From assembly GCA_027053075.1 (NCBI GenBank), contig JALUEE010000033.1, positions 96,001-160,000 on the forward strand: 64,000 nucleotides of DNA, in the 5' to 3' direction. Source of the DNA: a candidate division WOR-3 bacterium. Its GTDB lineage: Bacteria > Hydrothermota > Hydrothermia > B15-G9 > WFZT01. The notes under the pieces were generated by a model. It was given only the letters and a program-made list of their open reading frames with translations, was not told the origin of the DNA and did no database searches. The translations under genes were made by a program, and so were the position numbers. Below, in pieces: positions 9,886-20,734 of the stretch; positions within the stretch are counted from its first letter, which is position 1, and each line of letters opens with the position of its first letter.

Positions 9886-10980
9886 ATGGCAAAGGATACG
9901 AGACTAATTGAATTAGAGAAGAAGTTTTCTGAAATCAAAGAGCTTTTCGACGTTGAAAGAAAGAAGAGGGAGATCGAGGAGATTGAGAGAAAGGCCCAGT
10001 CTCCTGATTTCTGGAATGACAGGGCGAATGCCCAGAAATTGATGGGCAGGCTCAAGCTCTATAAAAAGGACATCGAAACGATTAAAAGGGTCGAAGAAGA
10101 GCTTCAATACCTTGAAGAGCTCGAGGAACTCCGGGAAGAGGAAGAATTCCAGAGGGAATACGAGAAGGAGCTTGCGAAGCTTCAAAAAGACGTCGAAGAG
10201 CTTGAGATTAAAGCCCTATTTCGTGATGAGGATGACACAAAGAACGCCATCCTTTCCATCCATCCGGGTGCGGGTGGTACGGAATCGCAGGACTGGGCAG
10301 AAATGCTCATGCGCATGTACCTTAGATGGATAGAGCGCAAAGGTTTTAAATACAAGATTATTGACCTGCAGCCCGGTGATGTGGCCGGTATCAAAGACGT
10401 TACTATTTTTGTTGAAGGTGATTACGCCTACGGCTATCTCAAGGCTGAAAGAGGTGTTCATCGACTTGTTAGAATCTCCCCTTTTGATGCCAATCAGAGG
10501 CGTCACACATCCTTTGCCTCTGTTTTTGTGTATCCAGAGGCCGAAGATGTGGAGGTTGAAATCAAGGAAGACGAGCTAAAGATTGATACATTCCGTTCCT
10601 CCGGCCCTGGTGGACAGCACATGCAGAAAAACGAAACCGCCGTGAGAATTACCCACATACCAACAGGAATTGTAGTCACGTGTCAATCAGAGCGTTCTCA
10701 GCACCAGAACAAAACCATCGCTTTAAAAATCCTCAAAGCCCGCCTTTACAACTATTACAAGGAAAAAGAAAAGGAAAAGCTCGAGGATGTGGAGAAAGAA
10801 AAGGGAGACATTGCCTGGGGCAATCAGATTCGTTCCTACATTCTTCATCCGTATAAGATGGTCAAAGACCATCGAACCGGTGTTGAAACCGGAAATCCCA
10901 ACGCAGTTTTAGACGGAGAAATTGACGATTTTATAAAAGCATTCCTGCTGATGCAGGGTAAAAAGGCTCTCAAAAGTTAA
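9886..10980 (+). CDS. prfB: Peptide chain release factor 2 (continuous ORF)
   Basis: GAGGTESQDWA, RISPFD (SPF), RRHTSF, GGQ and WGNQIRSY motifs. Confidence 0.97.
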   Translation: MAKDTRLIELEKKFSEIKELFDVERKKREIEEIERKAQSPDFWNDRANAQKLMGRLKLYKKDIETIKRVEEELQYLEELEELREEEEFQREYEKELAKLQKDVEELEIKALFRDEDDTKNAILSIHPGAGGTESQDWAEMLMRMYLRWIERKGFKYKIIDLQPGDVAGIKDVTIFVEGDYAYGYLKAERGVHRLVRISPFDANQRRHTSFASVFVYPEAEDVEVEIKEDELKIDTFRSSGPGGQHMQKNETAVRITHIPTGIVVTCQSERSQHQNKTIALKILKARLYNYYKEKEKEKLEDVEKEKGDIAWGNQIRSYILHPYKMVKDHRTGVETGNPNAVLDGEIDDFIKAFLLMQGKKALKS

Positions 10981-10992
10981 GGAGGCACAGGT

Positions 10993-11763
10993 ATAAAGAT
11001 ACCTTTCATAAAAAATTCCATTTCCCCTGCATTTACTTCTATTGCACCGATTTATGACGAACTCATGCAGGATGTGGATTACTTCGACTGGGTGGATTAC
11101 TTCGAATCCCTTATCAGAAGATACTCGAAGATAAAGGTGAAAAAGATTCTGGACATCGGATGCGGGACAGGCACACCCACCATGCTATTTCGTTATCATG
11201 GATATCACGTCGTTGGCCTTGATAAGTCAAAGGATATGCTTGAAGTGGCCAAAACCAAAGCAAAGGGTCTGAAAGGTGTAAGATTTGTTCAGGGGGATTT
11301 TATCAACTTCAGGCTCGAAGAGCAGTTTGACGCCGCAGTCTCAATTTTTGACAGTATCAACAACCTTATGAACGAGGAACATCTACTTAAAACCTTCAGA
11401 AACGTCAGGGCACACCTGAAAGAAGGCGGCCCATTTGTTTTCGACATGAACACAAAATACGCTTTAAAAGAGTACTGGGGCAACGGCGTGAAGGTGTTTG
11501 ATAAGGGTAAAATCCTTTCCATCTGGAGAACCACGTACAACGAGAAGAAGATGCTTTCGAGACTGCACATCACGGTGTTTTACAGAATCGGTGAAAATAC
11601 CTATACAAGGATGGATGAAGAGCATTTCGAGAGGGCTTATAATAATGAAACTATTGAAAAACTCTTGAGGAAAGCAGGTTTTGATGAGATTTACGCATTT
11701 GAACACTTGAGTTATTCAAAACCGAGGTCCAACACACCAAGAGTTGTTTTTGTAGCCGTTTAA
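10993..11763 (+). CDS. Class I SAM-dependent methyltransferase; probable non-canonical ATA start
   Basis: ILDIGCGTG and FDSINNL motifs; family-like FTSIAPIYDELM extends upstream of ATG 11065; AGGAGG lies 7 nt before the in-frame ATA at 10993. Confidence 0.85.
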   Translation: MKIPFIKNSISPAFTSIAPIYDELMQDVDYFDWVDYFESLIRRYSKIKVKKILDIGCGTGTPTMLFRYHGYHVVGLDKSKDMLEVAKTKAKGLKGVRFVQGDFINFRLEEQFDAAVSIFDSINNLMNEEHLLKTFRNVRAHLKEGGPFVFDMNTKYALKEYWGNGVKVFDKGKILSIWRTTYNEKKMLSRLHITVFYRIGENTYTRMDEEHFERAYNNETIEKLLRKAGFDEIYAFEHLSYSKPRSNTPRVVFVAV

Positions 11764-11764
11764 A

Positions 11765-12988
11765 ATGTACATCGCAGACTTACATATTCACTCAAAATAC
11801 TCACGTGCCACATCAAAGGATATGACCCCGGAAATACTCGCAAAGTACGCTAAAGAAAAGGGAGTAAGTCTACTTGGCACAGGAGACGCCATTCACCCAA
11901 AGTATCTGGAAGAGCTAAAGGAGAAGTTAAAACCCACTTCGAGGTATGGAATCTATGAGTATGATGGGGTGGATTTTATCCTCTCAGGTGAGATTTCCAA
12001 TATCTACTCTCAGGACGGCAAATTGAGAAAAATCCACACGGTTCTCCTCTACCCGGATTTCGAGAGTGTCAAGGCAGTACAGAAAAAACTCGCTCCGTAC
12101 GGAAGTATCTTTGCAGATGGAAGGCCTATATTTGGCTTAAGCTTGAAGAAAACCATCGAACTTGTGAGGGAAGTTTCAGATGAAATAATGATTATTCCTG
12201 CGCACATCTGGACACCGTGGTTTTCTCTCTTCGGCTCTAACTCTGGATTTGATTCAATCGAAGAATGCTGTGGAGAGCTTTCCGATGAAATCATTGCCCT
12301 TGAGACGGGTTTATCATCTGATCCACCGATGAACTGGCGGCTCTCGGCGCTCGATAAATATACCCTCGTCTCCAACTCCGATGCCCATTCCCCATCGAGG
12401 ATTGGGCGAGAGGCCAATGTGTTTGCACATCCCGTTGACTTTAACGAGCTTCGTGAAATCCTAAAAAATGAAGATTCCACAAGATTTCTATTCACCATCG
12501 AATTCTTCCCGGAAGAGGGAAAGTACCACTACGATGGCCACAGGAACTGCAAGGTCAGTCTTCATCCGAGAGAATCAATAAAACTTCACAATGTGTGTCC
12601 TGTATGTGGCCGACCATTAACAGTCGGCGTGCTACATCGGGTAGAAGACCTTGCGGACAGGCCCGAGGGGTTCAGGCCTCCCGGAAAGATTGGCTATAAG
12701 AATCTTGTTCCCCTCGATGAGATCATCGCTGATGCCCTCGAAGTTGGTAAGGAATCAAAGAGAGTGAGAGCCGAGTATGAGAACATGGTCAAACATCTCG
12801 GCCCGGAGCTCGAAATCCTCCTTCAGATACCTTACGAAGATATGGAAGGACGGGTAAACGAAAAGATCATCGAGGGAATACGCATGGTCCGTGAGGGCAA
12901 GGTTAAGGTTGTCCCTGGCTACGATGGTGTCTATGGGAAAATTGAAATTTTCCCAAAACAAGAAACAAAACAGATGTCTCTCTTTTAG
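11765..12988 (+). CDS. Endonuclease Q family protein (PHP domain)
   Basis: [52 protein letters not shown]. Confidence 0.92.
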   Translation: MYIADLHIHSKYSRATSKDMTPEILAKYAKEKGVSLLGTGDAIHPKYLEELKEKLKPTSRYGIYEYDGVDFILSGEISNIYSQDGKLRKIHTVLLYPDFESVKAVQKKLAPYGSIFADGRPIFGLSLKKTIELVREVSDEIMIIPAHIWTPWFSLFGSNSGFDSIEECCGELSDEIIALETGLSSDPPMNWRLSALDKYTLVSNSDAHSPSRIGREANVFAHPVDFNELREILKNEDSTRFLFTIEFFPEEGKYHYDGHRNCKVSLHPRESIKLHNVCPVCGRPLTVGVLHRVEDLADRPEGFRPPGKIGYKNLVPLDEIIADALEVGKESKRVRAEYENMVKHLGPELEILLQIPYEDMEGRVNEKIIEGIRMVREGKVKVVPGYDGVYGKIEIFPKQETKQMSLF

Positions 12989-12999
12989 GAGGGTTTGAA

Positions 13000-13188
13000 A
13001 TGAGTCTCGATAAGGAACTTCTTGATATACTTGTTTGTCCAAAGTGCAAGGGAGAGCTTGAGTACAGGGAAAAGGAAGATGTGCTCATTTGCCACAACTG
13101 CAAATTGGTCTATGTGGTTAAAGAGGACATACCCGTGATGCTCGTAGAAAAGGCTATTCCCTTAGATGAGTGGGAGAAAGATAAATGA
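13000..13188 (+). CDS. Trm112 family protein
   Basis: [14 protein letters not shown]...CHNC...Y...IPVML zinc-ribbon pattern; SD AGGAGG. Confidence 0.93.
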   Translation: MSLDKELLDILVCPKCKGELEYREKEDVLICHNCKLVYVVKEDIPVMLVEKAIPLDEWEKDK

Positions 13189-16100
13189 ATGCATACCTAC
13201 TTGCGTTCATCCTCTCCTTCTCTAACTTTAACGTAAAAACTCTTAAAAACTCCGATGATTTCATAAAACTCCAGGTGAACGTTAACTTTAGCGGATATCC
13301 CCTCAAAGGTGATGGATTTGTGGTAGATAGCGCGGGGTATCCAGAGCTTCCTTTCTACTACGTGAAGATCGCTCTGCCACCCGATAGAGATGTCTCCAAA
13401 ATAACAGTTGAGCCCACAGGCTACGAATACAAAAAACTTAAGCCGCCGGTACCAATCCCTCATTACATCGATGATGGACTTACCCCAATTTACAGAGAAG
13501 GGGAGATTTATAAATCGTCCTCCATTTTCCCATCAAAAACCTGGTCTCTTGCTGGTGGCGGTTTCCTTAGGCATGTGCGTTATAAACTCATAAAAATCTA
13601 CCCCTTCAAATATGATTTTGGAGCAAATCGGCTCATCGTAGTAAAGGGTTTTAATATCAATGTCTCCCTCAAGCCGGCATCGAAGAGGTATGTAAAGTGG
13701 AGAGGGAAGGACAGCTTTGAAGCCCTTTACAGATATACGTTTCCAAATTACAGACCGGATTGGAAGGTGAGTCTGCCTTCTCGGAAACCCTCAAATCCCT
13801 TTGACAACGCAAGTATATGGATAAAGATCAAAACCATTGAGGGTGGGCTTTATAAAATATCTGGCGCATCTCTTGAGGCCATTGGCGTTCATTTGCCCGT
13901 CGCAACGAACCATTTAGTTCTCTACAACTCGGCAAGTGACACCCTCAGGTCACTCCTGAGCCATGCCACAAATATCTTCTACACAGTCCCGTTGAAGGTT
14001 GTGGATAATGATGGGAATGGGTTACTTGATAGGAATGACTACATAGTTTTTTATGCAAGAGGCTTGAAAAGATTTTGGTTCCGGGGAGATTCAATCTCCT
14101 ACTTTGAACATCCGTATTCGGACACCAATGTATATTGGCTCGGTGTAGGCTCATCTGATCATCCTTTGCCAATAGAAAGCGTGACAAATTTCCGTAATGG
14201 AATTCAGGACACAATCACATCCCTGTTTGCTGTCTATAGACATGACATAAACACAATTAATCCTGCAGAGAAGGGTCTGAGGTGGGTTGGAGAAATACTA
14301 CGAATGCACAATCCTCCGGGCAGCGCGGAGTACACCTTCAATTTTTCCTTAAACGATCTTGCCTCACCCGATGGCGGTGGAATAGTAGTACCTGTTTTGC
14401 TTCTTGGATCCACCTACTTTGATGTTTATTTAAACAACACCCGCTACATTCAAAGCTCACCCCTTTACGCGGTGCATGATGACACATTCAGGCTTGTTGT
14501 AAACAACCTGAGAGAGGGGAGCAATGAACTCAAAATAGTCATGCGCGCTATACCCGGTAGAAATGACACACTGAATTACGGCAATCTGGATTTCTTTGAA
14601 TTCCAATATCAGAAGCGTCTGCTCCTGGGACCCAAAGTGAATCATTACTACAATAAAAATATATCCGGATGGCATGTCTTGAAGATCAGGTCTACAACCA
14701 CTCCCCTCGTTTCAAAAATCAAGGGAGGCATTGTCATGATTTTCGAGAATCTTCGGCATAAAGGTGACTACTACCTGCTCACCGATTCCCTCATGGGGAA
14801 AGAGGAATTCGTCATACAGAAAAACTACCTGACACCAATATCCCTTGAAATACGAACTCCTTCAGAGCTTGACCTGAGGAACCAGAGTTGGCGAGTTGAT
14901 TACCTAATTATCGGGAAGGAAATGTTTAGAAGCACCCTGATGAACTACATGAGCTACCGTAGAAACCATCTTTATATGCCAGATTCCAGTGGTGGCCATT
15001 ACACACAAGGTGATGTGAAATTTGTTCCTCTCGAGCGCATTTACGAAGAATTTGGATTTGGTGTTGCGGACCCTGTGAGTATCAGAAACTTCATTTATTT
15101 TGTTTATCACAATTCTGTGGGTCCTCCGCCCACCTATGTGCTATTTGTGGGCGATGGAAACTACGACTATAAGAATTTCGCCGGTGCAGCTTCTTACAAT
15201 CTTTTTCCACCATTTGAACCCTGGAACCTTATAGATATCAACGACAATTTCCATGGTGCCCTCGACGCCTTTTATGCCGATGTAGCACCGGATACAGGGT
15301 TTATCATGGAGGATATTTTTTACGGCCGCATCTGTGCACGCACGCGCTCTGATTTGAGAGATTATCTCGACAAGGTAATGGTTTACGAGTCAGGACAGAG
15401 TAACGGGCCTTGGAGAAACAGGGTAATGCTCGTTGCTGACGACGAGTATAACAACGATACCCATACCCATCATGAGACCGTTCATACCCTTGATTCAGAC
15501 GACCTTTACAGACACTACATTCCGCATTCTGTTGAAGTGATGACCCATTATTTGATCAACTATCCTTTTGACCAGAATATGATGAAACCCCAGGCCCGTC
15601 GCGACTTTAAACGGAAATACAACATTGGGCATCTTCTGATAAACATCTTCATGCATGGCAATCCAACGGTACTTGCCCATGAAAGGATGTTTATTGCCCC
15701 TCAGGATTATGCTGATATCCACGCGGGTTTTAAAAATTCCTTTCTCATTATTGCATCGTGTAAGGTAGGGGCCTACGATAGAATCGTTCCTGCAAGGGTG
15801 ATAGCAGAGGAGTTTAGTCTGAAGAAAGGGGGATCAATTGCCGTACTATCGTCTACAAACTCCACATATTCCAGTGCCAATGATTCCTATGTGACTTCAA
15901 TGTTAAGCCAGTTGAAAACCTACAGACACTATGCACTGGGGGAGCTCTCATTCTTTGGCAAAAACAATGAGTTTTACGTCCTTCTTGGCGACCCCACTGT
16001 GGCGATAGGCTATCCACGTCCTGATTCGGCTCTCTCACTGAACTTTTACCACAATGGTATGACAACAGATACCCTTACCGCTGCAGGTAGATTTTTATAC

Positions 16101-17060
16101 CGGGCATCTGGCCTATCCGGTGGCACGCGATACTATATCAGGATGTTTGAAAGCAAAAAGGATACCACCTATAGAAGAAACTGGGGAACAGATGTGGTGA
16201 GTATAACGTACCAGAAAGCCCCTGTGGCATTTTACTCCGGAGTAGTGGAGATCAGCAACTCTGATACGATAAGCAGAACATTCACTGTCCCGGTTTCATT
16301 GACCACCGGAAATAAAGCCTTTGCTTACATTTACAGAATGGGAGAGGTTGGACTGAGAGATTCCATCACAATTCTGCCTTCCACTGGTATTCCGCCGGGC
16401 AACAGGGGACCAACAATAAAGCTGTTTTTGAACGGAAAAGAACTTCAGGATTCATCATCTGTTCCACAAAATTTCTTGCTACAGGTTTACCTTTCAGATT
16501 CTGACGGCATAAATCTCACAAACAGTATATCACCTACGGTAAAATCGGGTATTCAGCTGGAAATAAACAACGACGCGGCAAACTCCATTGACCTCACCCC
16601 TTACTTTAATTACGAAAAGAATAGTTCAACGTCTGGCTACGCTATTTATCCCCTGAATCTCACAAATCCAGGGCTAAATCTCGTTAAAATCACAGCATAC
16701 GACAATCTGAAGACACCAACAGTCAAAACCTACTCACTCTACGTCCAAACGGCCGAAAACTTCAGATTACGCGATTTTTATATTTATCCAAACCCCATCC
16801 GTAACAGGAATGGGACGTACATCACATTTATTCTAAGCTCACCCGCAAGGGTTAGTATTTCAATCTATACCATAGCCGGCACTCCCATCTGGAAGAGTGG
16901 GGAGATGATGTTGCAGGAAGGATTCCACAAAATATACTGGAATGGGCGGGACATGGATGGAGATTATCCAGCCAATGGCCTATACTTTTTGACCTTAAAC
17001 GTAGAAGGAGCAAGCGGTGATAAAGTTCGGAAAATCGAAAAAATCCTTATCGCAAGATAA
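13185..17060 (+). CDS. C25 (gingipain-family) peptidase, PorU-like sortase, with C-terminal FlgD-Ig/T9SS-type domain
   Basis: Propeptide-like N-terminus, GLYKIS and [25 protein letters not shown], catalytic-like HG and SC, YVLLGDP, C-terminal YPNP...WNGRD...NGLYF. Confidence 0.85.
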   Translation: MNAYLLAFILSFSNFNVKTLKNSDDFIKLQVNVNFSGYPLKGDGFVVDSAGYPELPFYYVKIALPPDRDVSKITVEPTGYEYKKLKPPVPIPHYIDDGLTPIYREGEIYKSSSIFPSKTWSLAGGGFLRHVRYKLIKIYPFKYDFGANRLIVVKGFNINVSLKPASKRYVKWRGKDSFEALYRYTFPNYRPDWKVSLPSRKPSNPFDNASIWIKIKTIEGGLYKISGASLEAIGVHLPVATNHLVLYNSASDTLRSLLSHATNIFYTVPLKVVDNDGNGLLDRNDYIVFYARGLKRFWFRGDSISYFEHPYSDTNVYWLGVGSSDHPLPIESVTNFRNGIQDTITSLFAVYRHDINTINPAEKGLRWVGEILRMHNPPGSAEYTFNFSLNDLASPDGGGIVVPVLLLGSTYFDVYLNNTRYIQSSPLYAVHDDTFRLVVNNLREGSNELKIVMRAIPGRNDTLNYGNLDFFEFQYQKRLLLGPKVNHYYNKNISGWHVLKIRSTTTPLVSKIKGGIVMIFENLRHKGDYYLLTDSLMGKEEFVIQKNYLTPISLEIRTPSELDLRNQSWRVDYLIIGKEMFRSTLMNYMSYRRNHLYMPDSSGGHYTQGDVKFVPLERIYEEFGFGVADPVSIRNFIYFVYHNSVGPPPTYVLFVGDGNYDYKNFAGAASYNLFPPFEPWNLIDINDNFHGALDAFYADVAPDTGFIMEDIFYGRICARTRSDLRDYLDKVMVYESGQSNGPWRNRVMLVADDEYNNDTHTHHETVHTLDSDDLYRHYIPHSVEVMTHYLINYPFDQNMMKPQARRDFKRKYNIGHLLINIFMHGNPTVLAHERMFIAPQDYADIHAGFKNSFLIIASCKVGAYDRIVPARVIAEEFSLKKGGSIAVLSSTNSTYSSANDSYVTSMLSQLKTYRHYALGELSFFGKNNEFYVLLGDPTVAIGYPRPDSALSLNFYHNGMTTDTLTAAGRFLYRASGLSGGTRYYIRMFESKKDTTYRRNWGTDVVSITYQKAPVAFYSGVVEISNSDTISRTFTVPVSLTTGNKAFAYIYRMGEVGLRDSITILPSTGIPPGNRGPTIKLFLNGKELQDSSSVPQNFLLQVYLSDSDGINLTNSISPTVKSGIQLEINNDAANSIDLTPYFNYEKNSSTSGYAIYPLNLTNPGLNLVKITAYDNLKTPTVKTYSLYVQTAENFRLRDFYIYPNPIRNRNGTYITFILSSPARVSISIYTIAGTPIWKSGEMMLQEGFHKIYWNGRDMDGDYPANGLYFLTLNVEGASGDKVRKIEKILIAR

Positions 17061-17076
17061 ACCTGGAGGTAACAAT

Positions 17077-17439
17077 ATGAAAGACAGCAGGATTGATACA
17101 AAGCTTGACACACTTGTGGGTCAGGGGGCCACATTTGAGGGGAATATCACTATTGAAGGCGGTGCAAGGATCGACGGGAAACTCAAGGGCAAGGTTAATG
17201 CCAAGGGAACAGTCGTTGTGGGAAAGAGTGGTAAGGTCGATGGAGAAATCATGGCGAAGAGTGCCGTGGTCGGCGGTGAGGTTAAGGGCACAATTCGGGT
17301 TCAGGATAGAGTGGAATTTGAAACTGGTGCGAAATTCGATGGAGAGGTCTACTGCAAGACACTGGTTGTTCAGGAAGGAGTGATCTTTGACGGCTCGTGC
17401 ACAATGACCAAAAAGGAGGTCCAGCCTCCAAAACAATGA
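17077..17439 (+). CDS. Bactofilin (polymer-forming cytoskeletal protein)
   Basis: TLVGQGATFEGNI..RIDG..VGG.VKG..GVIFDGSC; GGAGG before ATG 17077. Confidence 0.92.
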   Translation: MKDSRIDTKLDTLVGQGATFEGNITIEGGARIDGKLKGKVNAKGTVVVGKSGKVDGEIMAKSAVVGGEVKGTIRVQDRVEFETGAKFDGEVYCKTLVVQEGVIFDGSCTMTKKEVQPPKQ

Positions 17440-18212
17440 AACTCTTTGACTCACACTGCCACCTGAACGACCCGAAATTCAAGAAAGACCTCGAAGAGGT
17501 CATTGAAAGGGCAAAATCAAATTTTGTCCAGCATGTAATCGTCGTTGGCTATGATCTAAAGAGCTCAAGAAAAGCCATTGAACTTGCCGAAAGGTATCCC
17601 GATTTCATCAGGGCAGCCGTTGCCATCCACCCGCACGATGCCGATACCGTGGATGATGAAAAATTAAAACAGCTGGAAGAGCTTGCAAATCACGATTACG
17701 TTGTTGCCATCGGAGAAACAGGGCTCGACTACTACAAAAACTATTCACCGAAAGAAGACCAGATAAGGGTGTTTGTAGAGCATATAAACCTTGCGAACCG
17801 GGTCAAGAAACCTGTCATTCTTCATATCAGGGATGCATTTGAAGATGCCTTCAGAATTCTCGAGGAGCATGGGGTCAATGAGCGTGGAATCTTCCACTGT
17901 TTCTCGGGTGGAGTGGGAGAGGCAAAAAGGGCCGTGGAATTGGGATTTTATGTCTCTTTTTCCGGCACCGTCACCTTCAATTCAAAAAAGCTTGAAGAAG
18001 CTGCTGTTTTCACACCTCTTGATAGGCTACTCATAGAAACAGATGCCCCATATCTTACCCCTGTTCCCAAAAGGGGCAGAAGAAACGAGCCTGCCTATGT
18101 TTATTTTGTGGCAAAGAAAATAGCCGAGCTTCGCGGGATGGAACTTGAGGAGATTGCCGGGGCGACCTACGATAATGCCTTAAGGGTTTTCAAAATAAAA
18201 GAGTGGAGCTGA
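17436..18212 (+). CDS. tatD: TatD family hydrolase
   Basis: DSHCH, AIGETGLDY, HIRDA, FHCF and ETDAPYL motifs. Confidence 0.95.
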   Translation: MKLFDSHCHLNDPKFKKDLEEVIERAKSNFVQHVIVVGYDLKSSRKAIELAERYPDFIRAAVAIHPHDADTVDDEKLKQLEELANHDYVVAIGETGLDYYKNYSPKEDQIRVFVEHINLANRVKKPVILHIRDAFEDAFRILEEHGVNERGIFHCFSGGVGEAKRAVELGFYVSFSGTVTFNSKKLEEAAVFTPLDRLLIETDAPYLTPVPKRGRRNEPAYVYFVAKKIAELRGMELEEIAGATYDNALRVFKIKEWS

Positions 18213-18276
18213 GGGGATTCGAACCCCTGACCCCAGGCTTGCAAAGCCTGTGCTCTCCCAACTGAGCTACAGCCCC
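18204..18276 (-). tRNA. tRNA-Ala(UGC), CCA not encoded
   Basis: GGGGCTGTAGCTCAGTTGGGAGAGCACAGGCTTTGCAAGCCTGGGGTCAGGGGTTCGAATCCCCTCAGCTCCA; cloverleaf with G3-U70; promoter TTGACT-17-GATAAT at 18294-18322. Confidence 0.97.
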
Positions 18277-18456
18277 ACTTGTGAAGGTAATTAATTATCA
18301 CTGTTCCACCAATGACAGTCAAGAACTGGACTCAATTTTGTGGAGTTTGGTTCTCTGATCCGATAATTGGAGGGGGGGTGATTTAATGTACACTATTTGA
18401 GGCCGCTCTTTTATGTGGAGTTGAAGCGACTTAAACCTGATTTTAAAATTCGTCTA

Positions 18457-20043
18457 ATGAGAAACCTAACTTTCTTATTAATGCTTGTGTTTTCCATTGG
18501 ATTCGCAGAAACTATTCCATTAAAGAGGGGGGATTTTGCAACAGGAGATTCTCATCCTGATAGCGCAGAGCTTCAGTGGCTTCTAAACTTTAACCTCATT
18601 CAGATTGGGGGAATAGGAGATGAGGCTCCGGATTCTGTGATAAACACACTTCGCTCATCAGGAGCAAAACTACTTAGTTACGAGTGGATGCCCGCTGGAT
18701 ATCATTATACCGATGGCTCACCGGATGACCCCTTTATGGCTTGGGTGTATTCCCGCAGGGATTCACTCACACTTAATCCCAATGGGCCATTCCCACATTG
18801 TAGCGATGCCGGGTACAACTGGTGTGAGGACTATTACTATGACCTTGCCATACACTCTCTTGTCTCAAGAAGAATAAACTACCTGCTCTCCTCTATTGAG
18901 GATTACGATGGCCTCTTTTTCGACTGGGCGAGCGGTGCATTCATTGATGAACGTGAGTACACCCCCATCAGAGACACCTTTTATAGCCGACACCCTGATC
19001 TGGTTTACTCCGCTGTCGTTGGGGAATTTTACAGAAGTCTGAAAGAGGCCGATTCTGCAAAACTAATAATGACCAACCAGGGATTTAGAAGATGTCAATA
19101 TATACTGCCATTTGTTGATTATGATATGACAGAAAGTTATGCCACAACAGATGAATATTTAGGCGATACAATATACATCGAGGGAATGGGCAGGCAGGAG
19201 GTGCCGAGAACCATTTATTATCCCGTTAGCGATGACTACAGAACAGGGCATATCGAAGACCATATACATTATTTGAACGTTTTGAAACAATGTGGGGGTG
19301 AGCACGGTGGAGAATATTTCAAGAATTTTGTCTATATGAACTATGCAGCGCCTGATTTTGTACCAACCGGAGATACTATCAACGGTTATGCAGTTTTTCG
19401 CCCTGAAGTTCCGAAAAATGCCATTTATTTTGCTTACGTGATCCCAAAACTCCTAAACTTTGTGGTCTATACAGAAACACCATGGAACCACATGTATGAG
19501 CGTGATAGCATATATTTTTATGATTTAGGAGAGCCTCTGGGTACATCTTACGACAGTCTTGGAAATCATGTTTATGTCAGGTACTACTCACAGGGGTTTG
19601 TTGTCGCAGGTGAATGGCAGGAGACGACTCAGGTGCACATTGAGTCGCAGTTCATACCTTCCAGTATACCTTTTTACGATGCATATGAGCAGCAATGGGA
19701 TACAACCGGTGTAAATGGTGTGGACTTCCTAATAAGACCACAGTACGACAGCCTTATCGGCAGAATGGCGCCATCCGGTCGCGTTTTCCTCTATGATTTA
19801 GATTATACCGGCATTAGTGAATCAAATCCCCCCGGCATCCTGGTCAAAGATGGACTTTACATCCCGTCAAAGCATGTGAAAAGAGTGAAGATATTTGATG
19901 TAGCAGGGCGTGTTGTATTTGACTCAAAAGTACCAATGGACAGGAAAGTATCTATACCGCTGAAAAATGGCGTGTTTTTCTTAGAATTTATGGGGAATAA
20001 CGGTCAGATTCTGGCAAAGAGGAAAATAGAAATAATCAAATGA
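18457..20043 (+). CDS. Secreted protein, possible TIM-barrel glycoside hydrolase-like domain, with T9SS-type CTD
   Basis: Signal peptide; YDGLFFD, TNQGF and DMTES motifs; C-terminal KIFDVAGRVV...NGVFFL..KIEIIK. Confidence 0.65.
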   Translation: MRNLTFLLMLVFSIGFAETIPLKRGDFATGDSHPDSAELQWLLNFNLIQIGGIGDEAPDSVINTLRSSGAKLLSYEWMPAGYHYTDGSPDDPFMAWVYSRRDSLTLNPNGPFPHCSDAGYNWCEDYYYDLAIHSLVSRRINYLLSSIEDYDGLFFDWASGAFIDEREYTPIRDTFYSRHPDLVYSAVVGEFYRSLKEADSAKLIMTNQGFRRCQYILPFVDYDMTESYATTDEYLGDTIYIEGMGRQEVPRTIYYPVSDDYRTGHIEDHIHYLNVLKQCGGEHGGEYFKNFVYMNYAAPDFVPTGDTINGYAVFRPEVPKNAIYFAYVIPKLLNFVVYTETPWNHMYERDSIYFYDLGEPLGTSYDSLGNHVYVRYYSQGFVVAGEWQETTQVHIESQFIPSSIPFYDAYEQQWDTTGVNGVDFLIRPQYDSLIGRMAPSGRVFLYDLDYTGISESNPPGILVKDGLYIPSKHVKRVKIFDVAGRVVFDSKVPMDRKVSIPLKNGVFFLEFMGNNGQILAKRKIEIIK

Positions 20044-20734
20044 GGTTTCCCCATTCAAAGAAGTTGTTCTCAGTTTCCTCGAGGTGCATCCATTTGATCT
20101 CGACGCCACCGAGCGCCTCAAATTTTTTCTTAAGATAAACGAGAATATGCTCTCCTGTGGAAAAATCAAGATCATTAACGGCATCGAGGTCCATGTGATT
20201 AAGCTCATCAACTACTCTCTTCATCTCACTTATGATTCCAGACCCATCACCTTTGAAAGCCACTTTCAGCAAATAGTTATGGCCATGCTTTTCTTCCCCG
20301 CATTTGCCATAAACTTCGCGACTTTTCACTCTTTCCTCAGGAAGTTTGTGGGATGCAGAAAATCTGAATTTTAAAGACTTCAAACTGCTTTCTCCGTCAT
20401 AAATAGCACCTGTTTCCTCGCCAGTCTCAACCCTTACAGATCGGAGCTTAACCTCGGGAGGTAAGCCGTTTATGCCGTGAAAAATAAACTCTGCAATGTT
20501 CTCAATTGTCGGTGGCCTATCCTTGAAATATGGGAGGTCATTGAGGCACACGTGGTCCAGTTTCTCAATAACAGGATTTACAGCTTTTTTCAGGTGTTCA
20601 AGATTAATTACCATGCCGGTTTCAGGATTAACCTCGCCTTCCACAGTAACGAAGACCTCGAAATTGTGTCCATACACCTTTCCCTTTTCAGAGGTATAAC
20701 AGGCTGAAAATCTGAATCTTCTTATGACCTTCAT
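20036..20734 (-). CDS. Tandem two-domain 6-pyruvoyltetrahydropterin synthase/QueD-family protein
   Basis: Two T-fold repeats: FSAC..YGHNF..LDH..PTIENIA..ET and FSASH..CGEEKHGHNY..LNH..STGE..EET. Confidence 0.85.
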   Translation of the reverse strand: MKVIRRFRFSACYTSEKGKVYGHNFEVFVTVEGEVNPETGMVINLEHLKKAVNPVIEKLDHVCLNDLPYFKDRPPTIENIAEFIFHGINGLPPEVKLRSVRVETGEETGAIYDGESSLKSLKFRFSASHKLPEERVKSREVYGKCGEEKHGHNYLLKVAFKGDGSGIISEMKRVVDELNHMDLDAVNDLDFSTGEHILVYLKKKFEALGGVEIKWMHLEETENNFFEWGNLI

